A stretch of 64,000 bases of DNA from an uncultured Rikenellaceae bacterium (GCA_947038405.1 CAMQVY010000008.1:9247-73246); one strand, 5' to 3'; positions 29,352-40,387 are shown, numbered from the stretch's first letter. Translations and numbers: made by a program. Notes: generated from the letters alone by a model not told the origin.

Positions 29352-30374
29352 CTATCGTTTTTTCGTAAAAATATTAAACTTAGCTAATACTCTGTTTTTA
29401 CGACTAAGGATTGACGTCTCAATCACCAATAGTAAAATAGCAATGACAATCAATAATTGATACTTTTCACTATATGCCTCAAATTGCACACTTTTAAATC
29501 TCTTCTTTTCAGTTTTATTAACGAGGTTAATAATCTCCTGTAATCCGAGACTTTTATTTGATGATCGAATGTATGCACCACCAGTAGATAGTGCCACCTC
29601 TTCAAGCATCTTTTCATTTAACTTCGAGACTACCATCTCGCCATTTTCATCCTTAATAAACTCGCCATTAATCTCAATCGGTGCACCTTCGGGCGTACCA
29701 ATACCAATGGCATGTATAACAATCCCACTCGCCTCAGCTAATTTTGCCGCAGACAACGCATCATCTTCATGGTTCTCGCCATCAGAGACAAGAATCAATA
29801 CACGACTCCCCTCACTCTCCGAAGAGAATGATTTAGTAGCCAACGATATAGCAGACCCAAGTGCCGTGCCCTGCTTACTAATCATATTTGACGATATATG
29901 GTTAGCAAAATTTCGTGCTGCGGTATAATCACTCGTAATTGGGAGCTGTACATAAGCATCACCTGCAAAAACAATAAGTCCAATCTTATCATTTTTAAGC
30001 TCATCTAACAACCTTGTAATTGCATATTTTGTCTTCTCAAGTCTATTCGGTTCAAAATCTTGAGCGAGCATACTATTTGATACGTCAACCGCAATCATAA
30101 TCTCAATACCCTCTTTAGATACCTCCTTGAGCTTAGATCCTAGTTGTGGTCTTGCTAAAGCAACAATAATAAGAGTTAAGGATATTACATATATAATAAA
30201 CTTAGTTCTAAGTCTTCCAGGCGACGCATCAGGCATTAGCTGAGTAATGGTTTCGAGCTCTCCAAAGCTCTCCAACCGTCTCTTTCTCGCCTTAACAATG
30301 ACGATATATACAACTATTATAAGAGGTACAATAGCTAATAAATACAACATTTCTGGATTCGCAAACCTAAACAT
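29352..30374 (-). CDS. VWA domain-containing membrane protein (BatA/BatB-like)
   Basis: 340-aa ORF. It has an N-terminal TM after MFRFANPEMLYLL, a VWA MIDAS motif (AVDVSNSM) and a C-terminal TM. Confidence 0.8.
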   Translation of the reverse strand: MFRFANPEMLYLLAIVPLIIVVYIVIVKARKRRLESFGELETITQLMPDASPGRLRTKFIIYVISLTLIIVALARPQLGSKLKEVSKEGIEIMIAVDVSNSMLAQDFEPNRLEKTKYAITRLLDELKNDKIGLIVFAGDAYVQLPITSDYTAARNFANHISSNMISKQGTALGSAISLATKSFSSESEGSRVLILVSDGENHEDDALSAAKLAEASGIVIHAIGIGTPEGAPIEINGEFIKDENGEMVVSKLNEKMLEEVALSTGGAYIRSSNKSLGLQEIINLVNKTEKKRFKSVQFEAYSEKYQLLIVIAILLLVIETSILSRKNRVLAKFNIFTKKR

Positions 30375-30445
30375 ATTAAATTTAAATTTTAGTTAATACT
30401 CATGTTCTCTGCATCGCTACACGATAGCAGAGAACAAGTTATAAT

Positions 30446-32479
30446 TTAGTTCATAGTTGGCAGAACAGAGTATTTATTAGAGTACTCAAGCATCTGCGTA
30501 ACATAGTCCTGAGAGTAGTCAATCGCAATATCAACAATCTCTCCATTCTCTAAAACTGGAGTATATACTGGATTTACAAATCCATTGTATGGCTCTAAGT
30601 TAAGAGCAGCATAACGATCTAAAACCTCCTTATGAAGATCTTTATCAACCGCAATTGCATACTTCTCAACAAGCTCTTTACCAGCAATGAAGTCTCCTTC
30701 TGATTTAATGCGTTGAATCTCCTTTAAAAGATCTCCAAACAATACTCTCAGCTTCTCGAAGTCATTAACGACAAAATATGTCTTATTATTTTCAACAACC
30801 TTTATAATAACATCTTCGTTCTTTCCATTTTCATAACACCACTCAGCAACTAACTTACGATTACGCATATGAGCTTGTTCAACATCTTTTCCAAGTTGCA
30901 CTCTTGTCAACTGCGACATAATACCATTCATAATATACTTAGAGTACTCAGCTTTGTATGTCTCCTCAGATGGTACGATACCAAGCTCAATTAACTTTGC
31001 ATCTGCAAGATAGTACAGAGCAAATAAGTCTGCTCTAGCCTCTTCAAGGGTTGCACCATATTGTTTAAGTTCATCACCCTTAGTTCCCGGAGCTAATTGA
31101 CCTGAACCATGTCCAAGACACTCATGTAGATCTACATGAAGATTATCTGCCAACGTACCAAACTCTTTAAGACGATTACGATCCTCTTCTCTAAGGAAAA
31201 ACTCCTCAGTAAATCCACCACCTTTACCCGCTTCAGCATAAGCATACGTAATATTTTGTATAGTCACCGATTTAGATCCATAATCACGTCTAATCCAATC
31301 TGCATTTGGAAGGTTTACTCCGATTGGTGTTGTTGGATAGCAATCTCCACCTAACATAGCTACAGTGATAACTTTTGCAGAGACTCCTTTAACTTTCTCT
31401 TTTTTGAATTGAGTATCAACTGGAGAGTGATCCTCAAACCACTGCGCATTATCGCTTATAACTTGAGTTCGTTTAGTAGCCTCGATATTTTTGAAATTGA
31501 CAAGCGACTCCCATGAAGCCTTATATCCCATTGGATCACCATATGTCTCCGTAAATCCATTTATAAAGTCCACTGTTGATGAAGTATCCTTCACCCAAAG
31601 AGTGTTAAACTCATCAAATGTTCTAAGATCACCTGATTTATAGTATGAAATCAATTTCCCAATCAAAGGCTCTTGGCTCTCATTAGCAACTGATTTTGCC
31701 TTTTCCAACCAATATACAACTTTTTCTAGTGCCTCAGTGTACATTCCATCTACCTTCCAAACTCGCTCCACTATCTCACCATCAACTTTTGCAAGTTGAC
31801 TATTCAAGCCATAAGATACTGGACATGGATCATTTTCAACTACAATATCTGTATAAAATTTCTCAACCTCACTCTGAGTTACTCCACTATAGTAATTATT
31901 TGCAGATGTAGTAATTACATCATCACCTTCAGTTTGGTTTGATTTCTTTGCATACTCATTAGGGTTAAAAACAACACCTTTTACACACTCTAAAAGCTCT
32001 TGATTTGTTCCGAAATCTTGAGGAAATTTATCATTAGGAGTCTCTGCAATTAAAGCATCAAAATATTCCGCAGAAAATGCAGGAACAAATTTATCGTTAG
32101 AGTCATGGTTGTGTACTCCATTTGAGAACCACACTTTTTTCAAGTAAATCTCAAAAGAGTCCCACTCTGAAGATGTTTTATCTCCCTCATAATTTTGATA
32201 TATTGCCTCAAGTGTACGTCTAACCGCAAGGTTATATTTAAAATTTTGATCAAATAAAATATCCCTACCATACATTGCAGCCTCACTAAGATAGTATATA
32301 AGCAACTTTTCATTTAGAGGTAACTCCTCAAATCCTGGCACCTGGTACCTTAATATCTTGGCATCATCAAAGCGATCAACCACCCAATCAAACTCTAGTT
32401 TTTTCTCATTTGATTCGGCACACGAACCCATCAACACAACAGAACTGCATACAATCATAGTTTTGAATATTTTCATCAT
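30446..32479 (-). CDS. dipeptidyl-peptidase III family (peptidase M49) lipoprotein
   Basis: 677-aa ORF with lipobox VVLMGSC, HECLGHGSG (HExxGH) and EEARADL (second M49 zinc motif). Confidence 0.85.
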   Translation of the reverse strand: MMKIFKTMIVCSSVVLMGSCAESNEKKLEFDWVVDRFDDAKILRYQVPGFEELPLNEKLLIYYLSEAAMYGRDILFDQNFKYNLAVRRTLEAIYQNYEGDKTSSEWDSFEIYLKKVWFSNGVHNHDSNDKFVPAFSAEYFDALIAETPNDKFPQDFGTNQELLECVKGVVFNPNEYAKKSNQTEGDDVITTSANNYYSGVTQSEVEKFYTDIVVENDPCPVSYGLNSQLAKVDGEIVERVWKVDGMYTEALEKVVYWLEKAKSVANESQEPLIGKLISYYKSGDLRTFDEFNTLWVKDTSSTVDFINGFTETYGDPMGYKASWESLVNFKNIEATKRTQVISDNAQWFEDHSPVDTQFKKEKVKGVSAKVITVAMLGGDCYPTTPIGVNLPNADWIRRDYGSKSVTIQNITYAYAEAGKGGGFTEEFFLREEDRNRLKEFGTLADNLHVDLHECLGHGSGQLAPGTKGDELKQYGATLEEARADLFALYYLADAKLIELGIVPSEETYKAEYSKYIMNGIMSQLTRVQLGKDVEQAHMRNRKLVAEWCYENGKNEDVIIKVVENNKTYFVVNDFEKLRVLFGDLLKEIQRIKSEGDFIAGKELVEKYAIAVDKDLHKEVLDRYAALNLEPYNGFVNPVYTPVLENGEIVDIAIDYSQDYVTQMLEYSNKYSVLPTMN

Positions 32480-32694
32480 AATACATTATATTTATCATTT
32501 ATGCAAAGTTATAGAATTTTACGTAAAAAATTTATATTTTTGCAATCTAAATTTATAACTTTGTCGAGTTATTTATAAAAAAACTTTTAGTATAAAGTTT
32601 GATATAAACAACCCTAGAGTAGCAGCTGTGAGTGATTGCAGTTAATAAATAGAATTTATACAAAAATTATATAAATAAAATTTAGACTAAATAG

Positions 32695-33531
32695 ATGGAA
32701 ATTTCAGATAAATGCTCTAAAATTGAGCAGTTTATATCTAGTAATTCAGGGAAATGCGTAGGTTTTATCCCTACAATGGGAGCATTACACAGCGGACATA
32801 TATCTTTAGTCGAGAGTGCTCGCAAAGAGTGTGACATTGTCATTGTGAGCATTTTTGTCAATCCGACACAATTCAATGACCCGAATGATTTAAAGTGCTA
32901 TCCACGAACACTCGAAGCTGATACTAAGCTCCTCGAAAGTGCTGGTGTTGATCTGGTATTCACTCCTACTGTGAGTGAGATCTATCCAGAGAGAGATGAT
33001 AGAGTATTTGATTTTGGTGCGCTAGAGACTGTAATGGAGGGATCAACAAGACCAGGACACTTTAACGGTGTTGCACAGGTGGTTAGTAGATTATTTGACA
33101 TTGTGAAACCTCAGAAAGCCTACTTTGGCGAGAAGGATTTTCAGCAATTGACAATAATTAAAGCTATGGTTAAAGAGCTTGGGATAGCAGTTGAGATTAT
33201 TGCATCTCCAACAGTAAGAGGTAAGGATGGACTTGCTTTAAGTTCGAGGAATGCACTACTAGATGCAGAGCATAGAGAAGCTGCACCAGAGATATACTCT
33301 ACAATGAAGAGTGCAACTTTAGAGGTTAATAATATGACTCCTCAAGAGGCCAAGCAGATGGTTATCGATAAGATAAACTCTAACAGCTTATTGAAAGTAA
33401 TTTATTTCAATATTGTTGATAGTGACACGCTACAAAATATTACATCATGGGAGGGGCATAGAGCCGTTCAAGGGTGTATCGCTGTTCAGGCTGGCAACGT
33501 TCGTTTAATTGACAACATAAACTTTGTATAA
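32695..33531 (+). CDS. panC: pantoate--beta-alanine ligase
   Basis: 278-aa ORF with [14 protein letters not shown] (HIGH-like), GEKDFQQ and SSRN motifs. Confidence 0.95.
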   Translation: MEISDKCSKIEQFISSNSGKCVGFIPTMGALHSGHISLVESARKECDIVIVSIFVNPTQFNDPNDLKCYPRTLEADTKLLESAGVDLVFTPTVSEIYPERDDRVFDFGALETVMEGSTRPGHFNGVAQVVSRLFDIVKPQKAYFGEKDFQQLTIIKAMVKELGIAVEIIASPTVRGKDGLALSSRNALLDAEHREAAPEIYSTMKSATLEVNNMTPQEAKQMVIDKINSNSLLKVIYFNIVDSDTLQNITSWEGHRAVQGCIAVQAGNVRLIDNINFV

Positions 33532-33542
33532 TAAGTATAATA

Positions 33543-33893
33543 ATGCAAATAGAAGTATTAAAATCTAAAATTCATCGTGTAACCGTAACGCAAGCTAACC
33601 TAAACTATGTAGGTAGTATTACGATAGATGAGAACATCCTTGACGCTGCCAATATGATTGGGGGCGAGAAGGTACAAATTGTTAACGTTAACAATGGCGA
33701 GCGATTAGAGACATATATTATCAAAGGTGAGCGAGGAAGTGGATGTATCTGCCTTAATGGTCCTGCTGCACGTAAGGTTGCTGTTGGTGATGTTGTTATA
33801 ATTATATCATATGCTATTATGGATTTTGAGAAAGCTAAGATATTCTCTCCATGGGTAGTATTCCCCGACACACAGACAAATATAATTTTATAA
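33543..33893 (+). CDS. panD: aspartate 1-decarboxylase
   Basis: 116-aa ORF with [23 protein letters not shown], including the GS self-processing site. Confidence 0.95.
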   Translation: MQIEVLKSKIHRVTVTQANLNYVGSITIDENILDAANMIGGEKVQIVNVNNGERLETYIIKGERGSGCICLNGPAARKVAVGDVVIIISYAIMDFEKAKIFSPWVVFPDTQTNIIL

Positions 33894-33957
33894 AATATAT
33901 TGTGATGCAAATTAGAATTTGCTAGGTACATAAAATTTACTCCGTGAGTATCATTTT

Positions 33958-33975
33958 CGTGATCGTACTCAACAA
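33958..33975 (+). repeat. repeat family 1, 3'-half copy
   Basis: cgtgatcgtactcaacaa matches the 3' end of the family core (cgtgatcgcactcaacaa) with one substitution. It lies downstream of panD. Confidence 0.5.
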
Positions 33976-33981
33976 AAAACA

Positions 33982-34030
33982 TAAAAAAAGAGTCTAAGGT
34001 TAATAATTAACTTTAGACTCTCTCTTTTTA
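33982..34030. terminator. bidirectional terminator between panD and guaA
   Basis: agagtctaaggttaa / ttaactttagactct (one G-U pair) flanked by an A-run and a T-rich tract. Confidence 0.75.
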
Positions 34031-34035
34031 TTGAC

Positions 34036-35565
34036 CTACTCCCACTCGATAGTTGCAGGTGGTTTCGAGCTAATATCGTAAACTACTCTATTTACTCCTT
34101 TAACCTTATTTATAATGTCATTAGACATTTTAGCCAAGAAATCGTAAGGTAAATGTACCCAATCTGCGGTCATTCCATCAGTTGAAACAACAGCACGAAG
34201 AGCTACACAATTTTCGTATGTTCTCTCATCTCCCATAACACCAACTGATTGTACTGGCAATAACATTGCGCCTGCCTGCCAAACTTGATCGTATAGTCCA
34301 AACTCTTTAAGTCCATCAATAAATATTGCATCAACATCTTGAAGAATACGAACTTTTTCAGCTGTAACCTCTCCAATGATTCTGATACCAAGACCTGGAC
34401 CTGGGAATGGATGACGTCCTAATAGAGATGCAGAGATTCCCATCTGCTTACCAACACGTCTAACTTCATCTTTAAATAGTAAGCGTAAAGGCTCAACAAT
34501 TTTAAGATTCATTTTGTCAGGTAATCCACCTACATTATGGTGAGATTTAATTGTTGCAGATGGACCATTTACCGAGATTGACTCAATAACGTCAGGATAG
34601 ATTGTACCCTGTGCCAACCACTTAATATCTTTTAATTTTTGCGCCTCTTCGTCGAATACCTCGATAAAGTCACGACCTATAATTTTACGTTTTCCCTCAG
34701 GATCAGTAACTCCTTTTAAATCATTAAGGAATTTGTCACCAGCTCTCACACCAATAACATTTAGTCCCATATGCTCATATGACTCCAATACCGATTCAAA
34801 CTCATTCTTACGCAACAGACCCATATCAACAAAGATACATACCAAATTTGCACCAATTGCCTTATGAAGAAGAATTGCAGCAACCGTAGAGTCTACTCCA
34901 CCCGACAAACCTAAAAGAACTTTATCATCACCAAGTTTCTTTTGAAGTTCTGCTACAGTTGTATCTACGAATGAACTTGGAGTCCAATCTTGAGTACAAC
35001 CACAAACGTCTACAACAAAGTTTTTCAATAGTTGTGAACCCTCTGTTGAGTGATAAACTTCAGGGTGAAATTGAATACCCCAGCTCTCTTCACCTTCAAT
35101 ATGGTAAGCCGCTACACGTACATCCTCTGTACTAGCAATAACTTTATAAGTATCAGGAATAGTTGCAATTGTATCACCATGCGACATCCAAACTTGAGTA
35201 GTTTCAGATATACCCATCATTAATGGATCTCCAGCCTCTTTCACGCTCAACATTGCACGACCATACTCACGAGTAGCAGATGGTTTAACCTCACCACCAA
35301 AGTAGTGTGCAAGGTATTGCGCTCCGTAGCACACACCAAGTAGAGGTAATTTACCTTTTATTGCCGACAAATCGACCATTGGAGCTTTCTCATCTCTAAC
35401 AGAACAAGGGCTACCAGAAAGGATTACCCCTTTAATAGAGTCGTCAAGCTCTGGTGCGTTATTAAATGGGTGAATCTCACAGTAAATATTCAGCTCTCTG
35501 ACACGTCTAGCTATAAGCTGCGTGTATTGTGAACCGAAATCAAGTATTAAAATTTTCTCTTGCAT
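34036..35565 (-). CDS. guaA: GMP synthase (glutamine-hydrolysing)
   Basis: 509-aa ORF with GATase N-terminus (LGVCYGAQ), [10 protein letters not shown]-loop and C-terminal PPATIEWE. Confidence 0.97.
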   Translation of the reverse strand: MQEKILILDFGSQYTQLIARRVRELNIYCEIHPFNNAPELDDSIKGVILSGSPCSVRDEKAPMVDLSAIKGKLPLLGVCYGAQYLAHYFGGEVKPSATREYGRAMLSVKEAGDPLMMGISETTQVWMSHGDTIATIPDTYKVIASTEDVRVAAYHIEGEESWGIQFHPEVYHSTEGSQLLKNFVVDVCGCTQDWTPSSFVDTTVAELQKKLGDDKVLLGLSGGVDSTVAAILLHKAIGANLVCIFVDMGLLRKNEFESVLESYEHMGLNVIGVRAGDKFLNDLKGVTDPEGKRKIIGRDFIEVFDEEAQKLKDIKWLAQGTIYPDVIESISVNGPSATIKSHHNVGGLPDKMNLKIVEPLRLLFKDEVRRVGKQMGISASLLGRHPFPGPGLGIRIIGEVTAEKVRILQDVDAIFIDGLKEFGLYDQVWQAGAMLLPVQSVGVMGDERTYENCVALRAVVSTDGMTADWVHLPYDFLAKMSNDIINKVKGVNRVVYDISSKPPATIEWE

Positions 35566-35624
35566 ATATTATTTTCTTAATGTACTAAATTATATAATTT
35601 ATTAACTCTCATATAGTTTGAGAT

Positions 35625-35648
35625 AACTACCCTACGTGGGCGGAACAA
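35625..35648 (+). repeat. repeat family 1, 5'-half copy
   Basis: aactaccctacgtgggcggaacaa corresponds to hairpin 1 plus the terminal aacaa; the central gtgcgtgatcgcac module is missing. Confidence 0.5.
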
Positions 35649-35816
35649 TGTTAACTAAGCACTAACTATATTAAAATTGCCAACTCGACTGTTAATAACT
35701 TTGTTACAAACTTCAAGTACATCGCTGTATATTAGTTATAATATACCAATTGTACCATATCAATTTAATCCAACTAGTGAACTTAAAACAGTGTTATATT
35801 ACCTCAGAGAGCTAAT

Positions 35817-38276
35817 TTAGGCTCTAACTGTAGCACCACACTGCTTTTCAAATTGCTTAACTAGATTGTTCATAACTTTCTCTATAACACTATCTGTTAA
35901 GGTTACACTCTTATCTTCAAGGATAAAACTCAATGCGTAAGATTTTTTACCTTCAGGAAGTTTATCACCATCATACACATCAAACAGTGTTACACTCTTC
36001 AATAATTTCTTATCTGCCGATAGCGCAATGTTTTGCAATTGAGCAAATGTAACATTTTTATCAACTAACAAAGCTAAATCTCTCTTAACTTCAGGGAATT
36101 TAGATAGTTCAACAACTGATATTTTATGTTTTTTAGTCGCTTTAACCAAAAGATCAAAGTTTATTTCAGCAAAATATACATCAGTTTTACCTCCAAACAT
36201 CTTATTAATCTTAGGAGACACAACACCCATCTGCAACAACTCTTTGCCATTTATCTCGATACTCATTGCATCTGCAAATAGATCAGACTCTAACAAGTTG
36301 CTCTTTAATTTATATATGTCCAATCCAAAGCGTTTCAAAATCTTCTCAACTGCTGCTCTTAAAGTATAGAACGTAGTTGGAGCTGCTGTTTGATTCCATG
36401 AAGCACTACACTCGTTACCTGTTACAGTAATTGCAAGTCGAGACTTCTCTGTATATGAAGATAGTGGATTTTCACCAGCGTTATCATTATAATAGTAGCA
36501 ATTTCCAAATTCATACATTTTAAGGTCTGAACTACGGCGATTTCTATTAAACTCAACAGCTTCCATTGCATTAAACAATAGTGTCTGTCTCATTACATTC
36601 AAATCATTGCTTAATGGATTTACTATTTTAACAATATTTTCAAGTTTATAACTCTCCAGTCCTTCATAGTATGTAGATCTAGTCAAAGAGTTACTCATTA
36701 TCTCTGTATAACCATTTGCAGTCATAAAATCCGAAACGCTATTAATCAACCCACCCTTATCTGGACGTGGCGCATATGCCAAAGTTGAATTAACGTGCAC
36801 TGGTACTTCCACATTATTGTAACCATATATTCTCAATATATCCTCAATAAGATCCGCTTCTCTCTGAACATCAACTCTATATGGAGGGACAATCACAGAT
36901 AGTACACCATCATTTTCAGCCTCAATAACAATATCAAGTGCTGTAATAATAGCTCTTACTTTTTCTGTCTCAATCTCCTTACCAATCAGTCTATTTACTC
37001 TATCGAAAGATATTTCAAAACGGAAAGGTTCAATTTTAGTAGGATATAGATCTGTAATCTCTGAAGATATTTCACCACCAGCCAACTCTTTAACGAGTAA
37101 AGCAGCTCTTTTTAGTGCATAAATTGCATTATCAGGATCAATTCCTCTCTCAAAACGGAAAGAAGAATCTGTATTTAATCCATGTCTTTTAGCTGTTTTT
37201 CTAACCCAAACTGGGTTGAAATAAGCACTCTCTATAAATATACTTGTAGTAGAGTCACTAACACCAGAATCCATTCCACCAAATACACCTGCAATACACA
37301 TAGGTTTTTCAGCGTCACATATCATCAAGTCCTCACTAGATAACTCACGAGTAACCTCATCTAAAGTGATGAATTTAGCTCCATTATCACAAGTTCTAAC
37401 GATAATTTTATCTCCCGCAACTTTATCTGCATCAAAAGCGTGAAGCGGTTGACCAAGATCATGAAGAATGAAATTTGTTATATCTACAATATTATTTTTA
37501 GGATTAAGTCCAATTGCACGCAATCTGTTTTGCAACCACTCTGGAGATGGAGCAACTTTAATATTAGTCATAGTTACACCAGCGTATCTTACTGCGCCTT
37601 CACTAGCTAAAACTTCAACTGCAACCTCTCTACTATTATTATCAACTTTATACTCATCAACAGAAGGTAAAATCAATTCAACACGACTACTATTTGCTTT
37701 CAGATATGCTGCCAAATCTCTTGCAACACCATAATGAGATGCCGCATCAATTCTATTTGGAGTAAGACCTATTTCAAACAGATAGTCATTTTCGATATTC
37801 AATATTTCGCTCGCAGGAGATCCCACAACAGCATCTTCAGCCAATTCCATGATACCAGCGTGACTACCACCTAAACCTAGTTCGTCAGTTGCACATAGCA
37901 TACCGAAAGATTCAACACCACGAATCTTACTTTTTTTGATTTTAAAACCACTCTCTTCACCATCAGGATACAACATTGTGTTAACAGTTGCAACCATTGT
38001 TTTAAGTCCAGTTCTCACATTTGGCGCACCACACACAACTTGCAAAGGCTCACCCTCTCCAATTGACACTGTAGTTACGTGTAGTTTATCTGCATCGGGA
38101 TGCTTCTCACAAGATAACACCTCTCCAACTACAACACCTGCTAAACCACCTTTAATAGCTTCAATTTTATCAAGACCTTCAACTTCAAGTCCAATATCTG
38201 TAAGAGTTTCAGCTATTTGCTCTGGCGTCAAATCACACTTTAAATACTCTTTGAGCCAAGTATACGAAATTTTCAT
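35817..38276 (-). CDS. pheT: phenylalanine--tRNA ligase beta subunit
   Basis: 819-aa ORF with MKISYTWLKEYL N-terminus, tRNA-binding, B3/4, B5 and FDX-ACB domain order. Confidence 0.96.
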   Translation of the reverse strand: MKISYTWLKEYLKCDLTPEQIAETLTDIGLEVEGLDKIEAIKGGLAGVVVGEVLSCEKHPDADKLHVTTVSIGEGEPLQVVCGAPNVRTGLKTMVATVNTMLYPDGEESGFKIKKSKIRGVESFGMLCATDELGLGGSHAGIMELAEDAVVGSPASEILNIENDYLFEIGLTPNRIDAASHYGVARDLAAYLKANSSRVELILPSVDEYKVDNNSREVAVEVLASEGAVRYAGVTMTNIKVAPSPEWLQNRLRAIGLNPKNNIVDITNFILHDLGQPLHAFDADKVAGDKIIVRTCDNGAKFITLDEVTRELSSEDLMICDAEKPMCIAGVFGGMDSGVSDSTTSIFIESAYFNPVWVRKTAKRHGLNTDSSFRFERGIDPDNAIYALKRAALLVKELAGGEISSEITDLYPTKIEPFRFEISFDRVNRLIGKEIETEKVRAIITALDIVIEAENDGVLSVIVPPYRVDVQREADLIEDILRIYGYNNVEVPVHVNSTLAYAPRPDKGGLINSVSDFMTANGYTEIMSNSLTRSTYYEGLESYKLENIVKIVNPLSNDLNVMRQTLLFNAMEAVEFNRNRRSSDLKMYEFGNCYYYNDNAGENPLSSYTEKSRLAITVTGNECSASWNQTAAPTTFYTLRAAVEKILKRFGLDIYKLKSNLLESDLFADAMSIEINGKELLQMGVVSPKINKMFGGKTDVYFAEINFDLLVKATKKHKISVVELSKFPEVKRDLALLVDKNVTFAQLQNIALSADKKLLKSVTLFDVYDGDKLPEGKKSYALSFILEDKSVTLTDSVIEKVMNNLVKQFEKQCGATVRA

Positions 38277-38426
38277 ATGTTTTGTTTTACTTCAATTATA
38301 ACGACAAATATCACCCATATCGTCAAAAATATTTATGGGCAAAAGTTACGGATGCAACATACACCCTAAAAACTTGCGAAAGATACGAAAAACTTTGCTT
38401 TTTTTTAGGGTTTTAGCAAAAAAATA

Positions 38427-38486
38427 TTGAGTGCGATCACGTACCACTACCCACATAGGGCGGCAGTACGTGATCGCACTCAACAA
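38427..38486 (-). repeat. repeat family 1 composite: two inverted 3'-arms around a hairpin-1 module; acts as terminator of the 38495 gene
   Basis: ttgagtgcgatcacgtac (38427-38444) and gtacgtgatcgcactcaa (38466-38483) are perfect 18-nt inverted repeats around cactacccacatagggcggca. On the - strand the hairpin is followed by a T-run. Confidence 0.85.
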
Positions 38487-38494
38487 ATAAATAA

Positions 38495-39847
38495 TTAATT
38501 ATCTATATATATATTTATATAAGTATTAGGCAGCTCTTTATTTAAAAGTGGCAATAACTTTCCACCGAACAAACTCCACATAGGTACATGAAGAGTATCT
38601 ATTCTTACATTAATGTCATCAGGTAAATAGTCAATAGCTCCACCTATCACTAGGTTCTTAATATGTCCGTTTTTAAATATATCTTCAGGAATCCTCCCGT
38701 CTTTAACCTCGACGAATAATTTATCTACCTCTTGTTTAATTTGAACCTCTTCTGGTGGCACTATTTCATGTACTAGCCAACCAATCTTTGGTCTCAATGC
38801 AAATGTCTCTCTATTTTGTTCTAGCCCAATAAAACCAGCCCACAACTCAATATTATACACCTCTTTAGTTAAAGCATCAAGAGCTACAACTGGGACTTTA
38901 ACTATCTCATCGGGGAGATTATTTGATCCATACAGCTCTTTTAATCCGTTTCGTTCTCCACCCTTACTATAAGGGAAAAATTTAACAATCCAACCATCAA
39001 CAACCTCTGGCTTACCATACGTTTCTAAGGTATGATATTTAAACATGTTCATCCAAAACTCTTTATCAATACTCCCTTTTGTTGTCTCTATAATCTTTTC
39101 TATTATTGGAGTGATCTCTTTTGTCCACCACTCTAAATCGTACTGAGAAAGATATTCTGTCTTTTTCAATAACTTCTCCCAATCCTCCGTTGAACCTTCA
39201 AGTGTAATATTTGGTATTCCACAACCATCAAATGATACAATATATTCAAAATACGACTTAGCACTATTCATTATAGTAATTTGTGATGCGATTTTTTCAA
39301 TCTGCGTGGTTGTCGAGAAGTTGCACTCCAAAACATTCGAGATATCTCCTTTTGTATTCTCAGAGATCTGAGTCGAAAAACGCTCTACTATCGACTCCCA
39401 ATCACAATCCTCAAGGAATCCATCTACATAAACTACCAATTCCTCTTTCCCTTCATGATCAACTAATTTACCTCTTAAATCTTCTGCATTGAAATTGACA
39501 TGATGAGAAAATCCTTGACTAATAAGTAACCATATCATATCGGGAGATATGACGAAAGGTCGATGATTCACATAAGCATTAAACATTCCATCAAACAGTG
39601 AATGATGATCATAATTCACTAACTTATTTGGAAATTCACTATGCGCTAATACATTTAACGGGAATCCTAATGAATAAGTTTTAATATCTACTCTTTTGGA
39701 TATAATTGCCCCAAATATATCAGAGGGGCTCTTTTCATCAAGTAGCTCTTTAGGCTTAGATAACTCTTCTACCTGAAAAGTTACTGACTCTTGTGCATCT
39801 ACATTAAATGCAATTATAAGAAATAACACAATAATAAAACGTCTCAT
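38495..39847 (-). CDS. secreted hypothetical protein (possibly DUF4419-like)
   Basis: An ATG at 39847 gives the signal peptide MRRFIIVLFLIIAFNVDAQ; the ORF-track start is TTG. The segment PDMIWLLISQGFSHHVNFNAEDLRGKLVDHEGKEELVV resembles my memory of DUF4419 proteins. This assignment is unverified. Confidence 0.5.
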   Translation of the reverse strand: MRRFIIVLFLIIAFNVDAQESVTFQVEELSKPKELLDEKSPSDIFGAIISKRVDIKTYSLGFPLNVLAHSEFPNKLVNYDHHSLFDGMFNAYVNHRPFVISPDMIWLLISQGFSHHVNFNAEDLRGKLVDHEGKEELVVYVDGFLEDCDWESIVERFSTQISENTKGDISNVLECNFSTTTQIEKIASQITIMNSAKSYFEYIVSFDGCGIPNITLEGSTEDWEKLLKKTEYLSQYDLEWWTKEITPIIEKIIETTKGSIDKEFWMNMFKYHTLETYGKPEVVDGWIVKFFPYSKGGERNGLKELYGSNNLPDEIVKVPVVALDALTKEVYNIELWAGFIGLEQNRETFALRPKIGWLVHEIVPPEEVQIKQEVDKLFVEVKDGRIPEDIFKNGHIKNLVIGGAIDYLPDDINVRIDTLHVPMWSLFGGKLLPLLNKELPNTYINIYIDN

Positions 39848-39907
39848 ACGCAATATTTTTAGTTGATATATGCAATGTACACATTTAAAATCTAATTAAC
39901 AAACTAC

Positions 39908-39955
39908 TGTTGAGTACGATCACGCACTACCGCCCGCGGAGGGCAGTTCGCAGGC
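39908..39955 (-). repeat. repeat family 1 core copy (reverse orientation)
   Basis: The reverse complement reads cctgcgaactgccctccgcgggcggtagtgcgtgatcgtactcaacag. It lies upstream of the 38495-39847 gene. Confidence 0.8.
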
Positions 39956-39963
39956 TAGTTTTC

Positions 39964-40006
39964 AAAAAAAAGGTCTCCTAGAGTATTAACTCTAAGAGAC
40001 CTTTTA
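39964..40006 (-). terminator. terminator of the carboxyltransferase/BCCP operon
   Basis: aaaggtctcctagag / ctctaagagaccttt (one mismatch), followed on the - strand by TTTTTTTT. Confidence 0.8.
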
Positions 40007-40060
40007 AATATCACCAATGTTTATATGTGTAATACAAATACTACACAACATAACCGATGG

Positions 40061-40375
40061 TTAGTCAAGCTCTATCATCAAAATATTTTTTGCGATATTA
40101 ACTCCTATTTCTGCGTCTAACGACTTTACTTTTCCATCCAATGGAGCAAGCACTTTATTACTCATCTTCATAGCTTTGAAGATCAACAATAAATCACCCT
40201 TTTTAACATCATCTCCAACTTTAACTGTATACTCAACAACGCTTCCTGGCATAAATGAAACAACTCTTTTCGGATTGTTTGGCACCCATGTCTTACGATT
40301 AAGAAACGAACGATTTAACGTTGTTTTATAATCACCGCTCTCTGTTGAAATAATATCATATTTAATCTCTGACAT
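40061..40375 (-). CDS. biotin carboxyl carrier (biotin/lipoyl attachment domain) protein
   Basis: 104-aa ORF with the biotinylation motif FKAMKM and a hammerhead-type barrel pattern (GDLLLI..AMKM...APLDGKV). Confidence 0.85.
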   Translation of the reverse strand: MSEIKYDIISTESGDYKTTLNRSFLNRKTWVPNNPKRVVSFMPGSVVEYTVKVGDDVKKGDLLLIFKAMKMSNKVLAPLDGKVKSLDAEIGVNIAKNILMIELD

Positions 40376-40387
40376 AATACTTATGCT

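Noticed and set aside
32556-32694. 130-nt panC leader as a possible riboswitch.
   Set aside because: It contains only one short hairpin, which is the repeat-related ctgtgagtgattgcag motif. I recognise no conserved aptamer-like core, and the distance may simply reflect the repeat insertion.
35696-35703. Orphan TAACTTTG box on the + strand in the guaA/pheT intergenic region, which could drive an sRNA or a transcript antisense to pheT.
   Set aside because: The 8-mer pattern is expected by chance roughly once per 1-2 kb per strand in DNA this AT-rich. There is no downstream hairpin or ORF to define a product.
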